NCBI RefSeq assembly: GCF_004010195.1
Contig: NC_057718.1
Coordinates: 10,887,903-10,907,902, forward strand
Direction: 5' to 3'
Source of the DNA: Chiloscyllium plagiosum
Taxonomy: Eukaryota
DNA: 20,000 nucleotides
Part shown: positions 1 to 10,979 of the stretch, one piece after another
Numbering within the stretch: the stretch's first letter is position 1
Layout: every line of letters starts with the position of its first letter
Position numbers and translations under genes: made by a program
Notes under the pieces: model-generated
Told to the model about the DNA's origin: nothing
Seen by the model: only the letters and a program-made list of their open reading frames with translations
The model's database searches: none

Positions 1-884
1 TAACATTAGGCTGATATGTGCATATACCCTGAATTCTGTCAGTGGTGCTTTCAAAATGTTCACTTGAGATACAGGTGAGCAACTTGGGATGAAGTTGCTT
101 TTAGATAAGAAAATAAGATTGTAAAATATCTTCCTTTCAAATCAAGTTTACCTACCGCATGCCAAATCTGTCATCTGTTTGCCTCCAGATATAATCTGCT
201 TTGGTACTTCACATTTAACTGTCAGTTTTTGAATTGCCACTTTATCTTCTATCAGCTTATAAAGGCTGTAACTACATGCAAGTCAACCATTTGACCCAAC
301 TCTCTGTACTTTGGTTTTAAATTGGAAACAAACTTTAGTTCTGAAACAGCTAGTTGTAAGCTAGACTTTAGTGATAGTCTGAGGTCTAACAAATGGCATT
401 GAATTTTATTTGGAAGATTGTTTCAATATATTAAAAATAACATGAACTGATACTGAAAGAATAGGAAGAAAATCCTGCACTCCAAATCCTCCTGCCTCCT
501 TGAATATTCAACTGCTCATGTTCAAAGATCTATTGGTCAAGAATTGGCCTATCCCATCACATGGCAACCCATGGCAGAAACTCAACTCTGAGATGACATC
601 CTCTTCCAACTGAGGACAGCTGATGACGATAAGTGTTGAATGGAGTGAATGTTCAGACAGAGTTTCTCATGCGATGTTAATATGCTGATGAACTTGCATA
701 TTTTAGGCATTTTCAGTTTTATTTCAACTTTAAACATTTCCTGTTTTCCTTCGTTTTAGTTATTCATGAATTGCCTCAGTGATTCTGAATTTATTGAAGA
801 TACCTGAGCATATTCTGACACTTTGTTTGTATGGATTCCATGCATTTGCAGGCTGTTGGTTGAATGATGATCTTTCTTTTGCAG

Positions 885-1034
885 ATGATGAGATCCTATT
901 TCAAGCGAGCTGACCCGTTCTTTGACGAACAAGAAAATCATAGTCTTATTGGGGTTGCAAATGTATTTTTGGAATTGCTCTTTTACGATGTTAAATTGCA
1001 GTATGCAGTACCCATCATTAACCAGAAGGGAGAG
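885..1034 (+). CDS. KIF13B: KIF13B internal coding exon 1 of 11 in window (150 nt, phase 0/0)
   Basis: Acceptor tctttcttttgcAG|ATG, donor GAG|gtatgt. Encodes MMRSYFKRADPFFDEQENHSLIGVANVFLELLFYDVKLQYAVPIINQKGE, which I recognise as vertebrate KIF13B. Confidence 0.95.
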
Positions 1035-1579
1035 GTATGTGATAGTCCACTGTACTTCGCTGGTAATGTTGAAAGGCTGCAGTTAGAAAATGTTGAATGT
1101 TATCCTTCCACCTCTGAGATATTGATGTTAACTCCAACCTCTGAAAACCTTAAATTCTCAAATAATATGCAAGGGAATTACCCACTTGATAAGATGATAA
1201 TTGTGTATTGTAAAGCTCTTGGGTTGCTGTTTCCTGCATCATAATTGCTATGGAGATACAAATTCACATCCAAGCAAACATCAACATTAGCTACTAAATT
1301 CACTCTGATGCAGCTCTATTGATAGTCAGAACGTTTTTGAAAGGGAGTGCCTCAGGATGACCTTATACCTTCAGTATCTGCTCTGATTTCTGACGTTTTC
1401 ACTTCACAACAATCTTTCCTCATACCAAGTTGATGTTTTGCAGAATGGAGCAATTTTAAAATCCACAGAATTAAGTTTAAAAAGTGTCGACAGTGCACAC
1501 AATGTGTACTGGGATTTGAACACTTCAGCTTGCATTTCACACAGAGGTGCTTTGCCAGATTGTGGGTTGCTATCCAAAA

Positions 1580-1785
1580 GCCTGTGGAATTCACTGACAA
1601 AGTGGTTGAGGCCAAACTATTGAATAAGTTCAACAAGGGGTCGGATATTGTTTTTAGGGCTGAGGGGGTCTCGGAGATGGGGAGAAAGTGGGAACAGAGT
1701 ACTGAGTGGGATGATCAGCTATGATCACATTGAATGTTAGAGCAAACTTGAAGGGCTGATTGGACTATTCCTATTTTCCATGGTA
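1580..1785 (+). mobile_element. Decayed CR1-type LINE 3' end (boundaries approximate)
   Basis: Segment gatcagctatgatcacattgaatg...gaagggctgattggactattcctattttccatg resembles the shark CR1 3' UTR and tail; preceded by a remnant translating KVVEAKLLNKFNKG. Confidence 0.6.
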
Positions 1786-2009
1786 ACTGTATTTCCCATT
1801 CAGATTGTGTGATCTCCCATTTGCAATTTTAATTAAAGTTTTACTTTTTCAGCATTTTAGGTTTTTATTTTGTATCTATAGGCCTGCCCAGAATTATGTG
1901 GGAATTAAATGCAATCCTGCTTTGAACTTTAAATGTGTTTTTAAAGTAACTATTTAGTTGATCCATGTTTAGCTGAATTAAGTATTAGGAAGATTGAGTT
2001 GCTATTTTT

Positions 2010-2627
2010 GGCTTCCACTCCAAAATCCATCCATCCGAAAAACGTTTGCAACTTCTGTCATGTTTGAGCCTAAGATGAGGTTCTAAACCACATATTTGTA
2101 CCATCACTAAGACTTCTCATGTCTGCTGTTCCACATTTTTCCAACTTCAAATTTGAAGAACATACTGCTGCTCATGTCATAACTCAAATCAAGTTCCAAT
2201 CTCCCATTAACCCCAATGACCTGTTTTGGCTCTTGATCAAACAACACTTCAGTTTTAAAATTCTTACCGTTGTTTTTGCATCCCTCCTTGCTTTACTCTT
2301 TCTCTGTGTTTTCCTCCAGCACCACAACCCTCAAATATCTGTGCTCATCTAATTCTGGTTTCTTGAGCATCTCTGATTTTAATCACTCGCACCATTGATA
2401 GTTGTAGCTTTAGTTACCTATGACTTAAATTCCTAGAAGCCTTCTCTGCATCTCTCCAGCTTCATTTTCATCCTTTAGGCCACTCATTGAAACCTAACTC
2501 TCATGATCAAATATTTGGTCAATAGCCTAATCATTGTATCGCTCAGTGTCATTTTGTTTTATAATGTTTTGTGAAAATGCCTTGAAAATGTATTGCGATA
2601 AAGATCTTAAATAAATTCAAGTTGTAA
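2010..2627 (+). mobile_element. Decayed L2-clade LINE 3' fragment (boundaries approximate)
   Basis: ORF 2119-2352 has SPINPNDLFWLLIKQHFSFKILTVVFASL, resembling the L2 ORF2 C-terminal motif HITP..LHWL.V..RI.FKIL.L.FK.L. It ends in an L2-like tail (gtgaaaatgccttg...ataaattcaagttgt). Confidence 0.65.
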
Positions 2628-3276
2628 CTGTGAAGGATTTAGCCTAAAGTCAAATGACTTCATTCCTAGATGATTTCTAGCTTTGTGAACTGAATTACAT
2701 AAACTATCTTGAGAGTCTTTTCTGTCAGACAGCTAACTAGTATCTGCATAAGTGAATCAGATATAATAATGCTGGTATCATGAGGGAAAAATAATTATGA
2801 ATGTAGATGGCCCTAAAATCAGTGTTGCAATGTGTCTACATGTTTGACCTAGCTTCATTGTTCTACAAACAAGCTCTGCTGTTCAGAGCTATGGGGCATA
2901 GTTGACTGTGTACTGAATACACCAACCTTTGCTTAAATCTGTGATGGGATGAAAGGAACACTGCCAAACAATGCCACGAAATGTAATTAGGTGATAACTC
3001 ATTTAACTATTCTCTGTGGCAAGAATGGCAGTGTTTTCATAACAATGGAATCTAAATAAGTTATTACCATTGTTGCCTTTTGATGAAGCTGTGTGGTTCA
3101 CCAGGCCGTACGAGTCATAATTCCACCCTCTTCTTTTAGGCATACAAGGAAGATTTCCCTAAAGTTTGGATTTGTGATTGAACCCTCAATTCAAATGTAA
3201 TATACATATTAGGTAATTTTGAGCATCAAAATTTGTCATCAGCTGGTATGAGTTGCATTATTTGTCCAATTTTTAG

Positions 3277-3417
3277 GTGGCGGGCCGCCTGCATGTGGAA
3301 GTGATGCGAACAAGCGGGGATCTTAGTGATCGAATTGCTGGTGGGGACGATACTTTGGACAGTCCAAATGAAAGTGACATGCAGGAGAGAGAAACAGTGC
3401 GCAAAATAGTCTGTAGA
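3277..3417 (+). CDS. KIF13B: KIF13B exon 2 in window (141 nt, phase 0/0)
   Basis: tttttAG|GTG ... AGA|gtaagt. Encodes VAGRLHVEVMRTSGDLSDRIAGGDDTLDSPNESDMQERETVRKIVCR, in frame with the previous exon. Confidence 0.95.
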
Positions 3418-3554
3418 GTAAGTGTGACTCCAGTTCGCTGCAACACTGTGCATAAGAGGGAATTTGTTGTCTGGAAATTGGCTGAAAACAGTACTACATA
3501 TGCAGTAGTCCAGAATTGGTTATTGCTTTGTCATAGAAATGAAGAGTAAGTATG

Positions 3555-3770
3555 GTAAAATTGTCTTAGTCCCAGAGGACCATTTGGATTGCGTGCTCAT
3601 TAGAGAGAAAGAGAACTGGTGATGAGATTAATCTGAGGTCACCATGTCTCTGGCAAGGCATGAGGTTGAGAAGGTGAGACCTTCATGGTGACCTTTGCCA
3701 GTATGGGGATTGAACCCACGCAGTTGACATCACACTGCATCGCCATTCAGCCAATTGGGCTATCTGACTC
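3555..3770 (-). mobile_element. tRNA-derived SINE
   Basis: The minus strand starts with an A-box-like tagcccaattgg and a B-box ggttcaatccc, followed by a ~150-nt body. Confidence 0.65.
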
Positions 3771-4319
3771 CAGTTGAAAAAAGCTATGTAATCCATTTAG
3801 CAGTTTGTATCATCTGTAAATTATGCGGTAAAGTAATTTCACTGTTTTCTTGGGAAAAAGCAGAACTTGTGCAAGTGACATTCACAACTATAAGGATTGA
3901 ATATGCAGTAAGTAACTGCCTGTGAAAACAGTTTACTTAATTAGTTTATTTTAATATTCTGTTATTGAATTTCACAAAGATGTGATATGGTAACTGAAAT
4001 CTAGGATTGGAATTCGGCTAAATATGATTTTTCCTGAGAGATTCCTTTCCCTCCTGCATTCTGTCTTCCAACAATTTCAGCAGTGGTTTCTACAACTGTT
4101 ACAAATTGTTTTGTCCTTTCTGCATAAGTCCTGCATCCCACATTTTGATCACTGAGTTGAATAATTCCTTGATATAAGGGTCTTTAAAAGCCATGCTACT
4201 GGTCACCTGTTTAAATCTCTCCCACTGATTTTTTAAAAATCATTGGTGATTTTGTAAGATCTCTGTATTGTACCGCGTACGCTAAATGAGTATCCCGGTG
4301 AAATTTAACATGTATAAAA

Positions 4320-4400
4320 CTCTCCCTCCCTCCCTCCCTCACCTCCCTCCTCCCTCCCTCACCCCCTTCCTCCCTCCCTCCCTCCCTCACCCCCTTCCCT
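4320..4400. repeat. (CCCT/CCTC)n pyrimidine-rich microsatellite
   Basis: About 80 nt of almost pure C/T with CCCT units and occasional CAC, directly visible just upstream of the exon 3 acceptor. Confidence 0.95.
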
Positions 4401-4421
4401 GTCATTCCCCACCACACTTAG

Positions 4422-4595
4422 ATAAAAATTCTTCAAGCGACAGGGCTGCCTCGACACCTGTCAAACTTTGTTTTCTGCCAATATACCTTCTGGGATCAGA
4501 CTGAACCGATCATTGTTGCACCAGAGGTGGATCCTTCCTCCTTAACCCCACCTGGCAAGGATCCAGAATGCATGGTTGTTTTTGATCACTGTAAG
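4422..4595 (+). CDS. KIF13B: KIF13B exon 3 in window (174 nt, phase 0/0)
   Basis: cacttAG|ATA ... AAG|gtaagg. Encodes IKILQATGLPRHLSNFVFCQYTFWDQTEPIIVAPEVDPSSLTPPGKDPECMVVFDHCK. Not in the ORF track; translated by hand. Confidence 0.95.
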
Positions 4596-5580
4596 GTAAG
4601 GGAATAAATCTTGAAACTTCTGCTGACTTTCTGTTGCACCTTCTAATTTGCTCAGGTATTTGGCTTGATTTTGTTGAAGAGATTTCATATTGAATCAAAT
4701 GTCATATTGCTTGGGAGTCTGAAAATCCGCAAATGTTTAGGCATTTTTTCTAGAAGCCTGCAGAGTTGGAATGGGGAGACTAAAGTACTCAGTAATTTTT
4801 AATGATGGTATGTACTGTTGTGCCAGAGCTTGGTTAATTGAGGGCATATAGTGTCAGAAGCAATTGGTCTTCATTTTGATGTCAGTTTAGAATGCTAGAA
4901 TTGCATAGCAGGTCAGTGAATAGCTGGTGAAAATGCCGTTGCTCGTTAGGGAGACATGTTGCAGAACATTGTCATCAGGGGAAATGCAAACAGGCTACCT
5001 CTCAAAATTAGGCTCTGCTTAACTCCAGCATTGCACAGAGTGAAACAACAAGGAATAGTAGGGTCAGTCTATAAGACCAAAGGCCTGAATATTCTTTTTG
5101 TTTGCACAGAATGTGTTCCTACATATGAATGCATCTCACTTCCAAAAAGCATAAATGAACCATATTAAAATATTGACTAATTATTTTAAATTTCTTGTTA
5201 GTGTAGCTATTAACACACTCTCGATTGTGGAGCAGCTGCTGCCCAGTTGCAGAATCAAATCTCATGGTTCTGGGTTTTGCAAATGTGGGCTTATTCAGTA
5301 CAATTGCATTCTGTCTATTATAAACCATTAAAGGTACATGCTCAAGCCGTATATAAGGAATATGTTTAATTTGGCATTCTTACGTTTGTGCAAGTGGGTG
5401 CAAAATGACAAGCTTAGGTAACATGTCTCCTTCTCCAACAATAAATAAATTGATTTTTTGGTGTAAATCTTCACGAAACAATTGCATATCAATGTATGAA
5501 TTTCTGTGTTTTTTAAATTTCTGTTTCCGGCATTTCTGGTTTTATTTTTGTCTCATTATTTCAGCATTCAAAACATACTC

Positions 5581-5769
5581 CTAGATGTAAACCATAAATA
5601 TTTATGAACCAATATATTCCAGTGTCCAACACAGAATTACTCAGGGATACATTTTCTGGAGTATAAATATTTGTGTTAAATATTTATACTCTGGAAATGT
5701 ATTCTTGAGTAATTTCTGCATGTTGGATGTTGGCATATTGATTTGAAGTTAATGTATAACCACATCTAG
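5581..5769. repeat. Long imperfect inverted repeat (~90-nt arms), possibly a MITE-like remnant or structured intronic RNA
   Basis: Perfect 14-bp core GAGTATAAATATTT (5659-5672) / AAATATTTATACTC (5678-5691) around a 5-nt loop. Pairing continues to 5619/5733, then CAATAT/ATATTG, with termini CTAGATGT (5581-5588) / ACATCTAG (5762-5769). Confidence 0.9.
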
Positions 5770-5784
5770 TTGATTTTTTTTCAG

Positions 5785-5942
5785 GAATTCTCACTCATCC
5801 TTTCTGAAGATCTGTTGGAATATCTCTCAGAAGGAGCACTGGCATTTCAAGTTTATGGTCATAAATCACGTGACTCTCGGAAAAATCCCTCCATATGGGA
5901 CCTGGGAATAATACAAGCCAAAACCCGATCGCTACGGGATAG
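5785..5942 (+). CDS. KIF13B: KIF13B exon 4 in window (158 nt, phase 0/2)
   Basis: ttttttttcAG|GAA ... GAT AG|gtgatt. Encodes EFSLILSEDLLEYLSEGALAFQVYGHKSRDSRKNPSIWDLGIIQAKTRSLRD(R). WDLGIIQAKTRSLRDRW favours KIF13B over KIF13A. Confidence 0.95.
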
Positions 5943-6114
5943 GTGATTATTCTGATACTGAGTGTTGATTTCTGTTAGATCGTTACCCTTCTAGCTTATG
6001 TAGTAGTGAAAGCTGTGTTATTGAGACTGAATTAAATTTTAAAGTAACATCTCACTGCTCTGATAGTTACCTCCAACCTTTCTATTGATGTCTCTCTGAC
6101 TTTGCTCTGACCTT

Positions 6115-6572
6115 TTATTTATCCATTTGTGGGACATGGTTGGCCAGCATTGATAGCCTGTCCCTATTTGCCCTCGAGAAGGTGGTGGTGAACTGCCTTC
6201 TTGAATCGCTGCAGTCCACTTGCTTTGGGTTTGTTTCTTTGTGACTTTCTAGCAATTGATACAACTGAATGGCTTACTAGGCCATTTCAGAGGACAGTTG
6301 AGAGTCAACCACTCTGCTGTGGCTCTGGAGTCACATGTAGGCCAGACCAGGTAAGGATGGCAGATTCCCTTCCCTCTGAGACATTAGTGAACCAGATGGG
6401 TTTTTCCCACAATTGACAATGGTCATCGGTCGACTCTTAATTCCAGATTTTTTTAAATTGCATTCAAATTCCATCATCTGCCGTGACGGGATTCGAGCCC
6501 AGGTCCCTAGAACATTATTCTGGGTTTCTGAATTAATAGTCAAGCGATAATACCACTTGGCCATCGCCTACC
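6115..6572 (-). mobile_element. tRNA-headed SINE with LINE-derived tail
   Basis: Minus-strand head ggcgatggccaagtggt (A box) ... gggctcgaatccc (B box). The tail at ~6140-6215 matches the 3' end of the LINE at ~6820-6890. Confidence 0.75.
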
Positions 6573-6814
6573 CCTTTCTCTGTCATGATTAGGCGCTATC
6601 CTCATCGTTTCTTATTTTAGTTGGGTTAGTCTCGTTATTCAACTATTGTTATTCAAACCAATAGCAATTTCAATTTTCTATGTGCCATATTCCACCAAAT
6701 AATTATGGAATTATATTTTTCAAAAATTTCATTTCAATTTTACAGTAATCAACAAGGCCTTCCCCCATCCAACTATACATATTTTGAACAGAACAAACCT
6801 TTTAAAAGCATTAG

Positions 6815-9190
6815 TGGTAAAGCCAGCATTCATTGCCCGTTCTTCTGGAGAAGATCTTGGTGAGCTGCTTTCTTGAGGCTCTGTAGTGCTCAGCATGTGG
6901 CGACTTCCAGATTGCTGCTGGGCAGGGAGTTCCATAATTTTGATGTAGCAACCCAAGATCTTATGTGACTTGGAGGTGTTGATGACCCAAGGCATCTGCT
7001 GCTCTTGTCCTTTTAGAGATCATGGATGTGGAACCTGTGGTCAGAGAGGCCTTGAAGAATTAGTGCTATGCATAGAGTAGATGGCACACATTGACAGCAA
7101 TTTGTATTAGTGTGAAGGGAGTGAATGTCGAAAGTTTTGGATCGAGGTCTGCGTCAAGGACAGACTATTTTGAGCTTGAGTGTTAGTGGAGCTGGACTCA
7201 TCCAGGCAAGTGGAGAGCATTCTATGACATTCCTAACTTCTGTCTTGTAGATGGTGGACATGCACTGCAGCAGAATTCCTAACCTTTGACCTGCTCTTGT
7301 AGCTACAATATCTATGTGACTTGTCTGATGGATGGTAACACTCAGGATTTTGAAAATGTGAATTTCAGTGATGGTAATGCTGTTGAGTTTCAAGAGGATA
7401 GTTATATTCTTCTTTATTGGAAATGATCAGTGCCTGATACTTGTGTGGTGCATGTACTTGCCACGTAACAGCTCAGTGGATAATGTCCAGGTTGTCCAGG
7501 TGTATGGGATGTTGTGCAATGAGAGAACACTCCATTCTGATCTTCTGATGGAGGGAAGATCACTGTTGAAGCAGCTGAAGATTATTGGACCGAGGAAACT
7601 ACCTTGAGGAACACCTGCAGAGGTACCTTTGGGCTGAGATGATTGGCCTCCAGTAACCAGAACCATTTTAATTTTGCTCGGTATGACTCCAAATAGCAGA
7701 GAGTTTTCCCTCTGATTTCATTTGAATTGAGTTTTGCTCAGGTATCCTTTCTGCAACCTCAATGTCAAAGGCTTATTACTTTCACCTCTTCACTAGGTCA
7801 GTTCTTATGTCCCTGTTTGGACCAAGGCTGTAATGAGGTCAGGAACTGAGTGGCCCTGGGGCATCCCAAGCTACTATGTTCAGTTCATTCCTTTGTAAAT
7901 GCCATATGGTAACACTGACAAATGAACCTTTCTATCACTTTATTGATGATCAAGAGTAGAATGCTAGAACCATTGCACAGGACAATGTGGACAGGACTTA
8001 ACTATGTAATTTTCCACATTGCTGGATAGATGTCAGTATTGTAACTGTACTGGAACAACTTATCCAGGATACAGTTAATTCTGGAGCACACCTTCAGTGC
8101 TGTTGCTGGAATGTTGTCAGGCCCAGACTTTTGCAGGATTTGGTGTCTTCAGCGGTTTCTTGATATCATGTGGAGCGAACAGAATAAGTTGAAGACTGAC
8201 ATCTGTGATGCTGGGGATCTGTGGGGAATACAGAGATTGCCACCTTTGGCTGAAGATAGATACAAATGCTTGAGCCTTGGCTTTTGCACTAACGTGCTTT
8301 GTTCCTCCATCTTTGGGGATGAAGTATTTGTGGGACGCTGCCTCTAGTTATTTGCTGAACTGTCCACCACAATTCCTGATTGGACTTAGCAGGACCACAT
8401 TGTTTAGCTCTGATCCGTTGCTCGTGGGATTGCTAGCCCTGCCTGTTGCATGCTGCTTCCGCTACTTAACATGCAAGTAGTCATGTGATGCCCACTGCTT
8501 AACATGCAAGTAGTCATGTCATGCAGCTTCACCGGGTGCCTTATTTTTGTGGATGCTTGGTGCTGCTCCAGGCACATCCCCCTGCACTTTTCATCAAGCT
8601 AGAGTTGGTCTCCTGGCTTGATGATACTAATTAATTCTAGATATCCAGATTTTGGTTGTTAGATATGTTTGAAGTTGGTCCCATTTAGCATATGTTTGAC
8701 CTGCTACTGAGAGAGTTTGGGAGGGTCTGGAATAAATGTTGAGTATACCAGGATAACTCCTCCCTGATTGAATACCACTGTGCTAACATATCTGGGTGGA
8801 TCTTGTCCTGCAAGTGGAACAGGACATAGTCAGAAATGGTGATGGTGGTGTTTGGGATAATAGCTGTGTAGTATGATTCTGTAAATATAACAGTTGGGCT
8901 GTTGTTTGACAAGTCCAAGGGACAGCTGTCCCAATTTTGACACAACTCTCTGCGTATTGGTAATGATGATTTTGCGGGATTGATGGGCTGTGTCTAACAT
9001 TGTAGTTTCCAATCCCAGGTGGTTTGTGCAGTTTCATTCCTTTGTTCAGATTTTGTAGTTATTCATTGCAATCGCATGGCTCGCTAAGTCATTTCAGAGA
9101 TAAGTCAACCACATTGTTATGGACCCGGAGTCTCAAATGATCAGACTCTGTAAGGATATCAGATTGACTTCCCTGAAGAATAATAGATTT
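6815..9190 (-). mobile_element. Degraded, internally deleted LINE (CR1/L2-group-like) with endonuclease and RT remnants
   Basis: RT motif GVPQGSFLGPIIFSCFNSDLPS (ORF 7427-7666 -). APE-endonuclease-like remnants KLGQLSLGLVKQQP and VIFTESY...TTITISDYVLFHLQD (8685-9012 -, split across frames). C-terminal remnant TIYKTEVRNVIECSPLAWMS (7154-7393 -). Many frameshifts. Confidence 0.8.
8459..8524. repeat. 33-bp tandem duplication within the LINE remnant
   Basis: CTTAACATGCAAGTAGTCATGT at 8465-8486 and 8498-8519 (period 33). Confidence 0.85.
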
Positions 9191-9589
9191 TCCAAACTCA
9201 AACAAGTTTATTGTTGCCAAATTCAGTTGATAGTCCTGATGAGTCACTTTCAATTCTTTCACTCAAATTGTCACCTTCTATTTTTTAACTGTCTGCTGTA
9301 GTATCTACTGCACCCTTCCTGGGCTGATACCTGGGCAAAATTTACATTAGAAGTACATACCATTGCCAGGAGATACCATAGTCTTAATAACTTGAGAAAC
9401 AAATGTATAAGTATTCATTTTCTGGGGATTGCTTTCGAAAGAGAAGAACAGTAGTTTCCAGGCACATGCTGTTCATGGCTGGATTTCAGTGCACTTAATT
9501 GGTACATTATATGTGCAATATTTGGACTGCATGCTTTTTCTTTCCCCTACATCAATGCTAATGTGCTCAGTAGGTTTTCTTGACCTATT

Positions 9590-9712
9590 TTTCTCATGAG
9601 TCTGCTCAGAGATGCTCACATCAGTCTGCTCACATGCCTGGAGAGGGTAGGACTTTAACCTGGGCCTCCCACTCCAAGGGTAGGGACACTACTACTGTGC
9701 CATAAGAGGGCT
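9590..9712 (-). mobile_element. Short tRNA-derived SINE fragment
   Basis: Minus strand gccctcttatggcacagtagtag (A-box-like) ... caggttaaagtcc (B-box-like). Confidence 0.5.
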
Positions 9713-10035
9713 GAATGATTAGGTTTCATAAGTATGTTCAGTTTGCACCTTTAAACCAGAAACTGATTTGTTTTGATGTTCTGATCAAAGTGCATCGTGG
9801 TGGAACATATGATATTTAAGGTAAGATGAAGTAATAAATTATTTATATTTCATTCAACCCACCATCAGAAAGAACTAAATCTTAAAATAAACCTCTTGCT
9901 GTGACTGAAAATAACATTGTCTAAATATCGCCACTAATAACTTGTTATACAGGAGGAACTTAGATGACTATTCAGCTTAACCATTGTTTCACAGCATAAT
10001 AATTTGTGTACCTGGGCGATTATTTATATCAACAG

Positions 10036-10168
10036 GTGGAGCGAAGTGATGCGAAAGTTAGAACTCTGGATCCAAATATTGGAACTGAATGAAAATGGAG
10101 AGTATGTTCCTGTGGAGGTGACCTTCTCGAAAGATGTTTTCACCGGTGGCATCTTTCAGCTACGGCAG
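10036..10168 (+). CDS. KIF13B: KIF13B exon 5 in window (133 nt, phase 2/0)
   Basis: caacAG|G TGG ... CAG|gtaact. Encodes (R)WSEVMRKLELWIQILELNENGEYVPVEVTFSKDVFTGGIFQLRQ. Confidence 0.95.
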
Positions 10169-10979
10169 GTAACTGGAGGGCAGGAGAGTTCCAAGCTGTG
10201 CGTCAGTGAGGATAGAGGTCTGGAAGTCCTTTTGGAGTCTAATGTTGAGGTGGAATGGAAAGAATATGATTTTGGCAGAAGGAAGACAGTGCAATTGTTC
10301 ATATAAGGTCCTAGTATGATGTATTAATGTGTTTTCTGTGTGCAACCCACACTAAATAGTCCTTATTGTCCGAGTTAAAATACACAGTCAAAATACATCA
10401 AGCATCAACCATATAGTGCAAGAATCTAGTTAGTCATGTGGAAGCCAGAATTGTAGGAGAGGAGTTGTGAGCCATTTCCTCTCGGAGAAGTTAGTGATGC
10501 AGTTGGGTTGTCAGAGTAATACGACAGCAGTTCCTTGTACTTGTTCACAGATGATCAGGTTTTATTCAGTATCATAGCATTGAGGTCTGGTCTGCCAACC
10601 AGTATCCAAAGTATCTTGTCATATGATGGGTTGGGTTCTAAGTTCCTGTTTCTTGTGGAATATTTTAGCAAATTTTATCTGTATAGGTGATACCATTGTG
10701 CCAGCAATCAGTTGATGATGCAGCAAGAAACTAGGATTTTTTTCTTTAGTCAAGTAAGCCTTCAAAAAGTGGCTTGGTGAATCTGGAGGACCTCCTCATC
10801 CCTATTATTATTGGATTTCAACTGCTTATTACTATGTTATTATAGCTGGCTCTCAAAAAACATGTGATGCACATTCTCATAGAGAAAGACTTGTACTTCT
10901 GAATGTAGATAATGCTAACATCATTTCCCTGGACCAAACGTTTGTAAGTATAGTTCAAAACATTGTCAGATAGTTACAG

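Noticed and set aside
841..863. Alternative acceptor tttgcAG at 850-851
   Set aside because: It would add GCT GTT GGT TGA, an in-frame stop.
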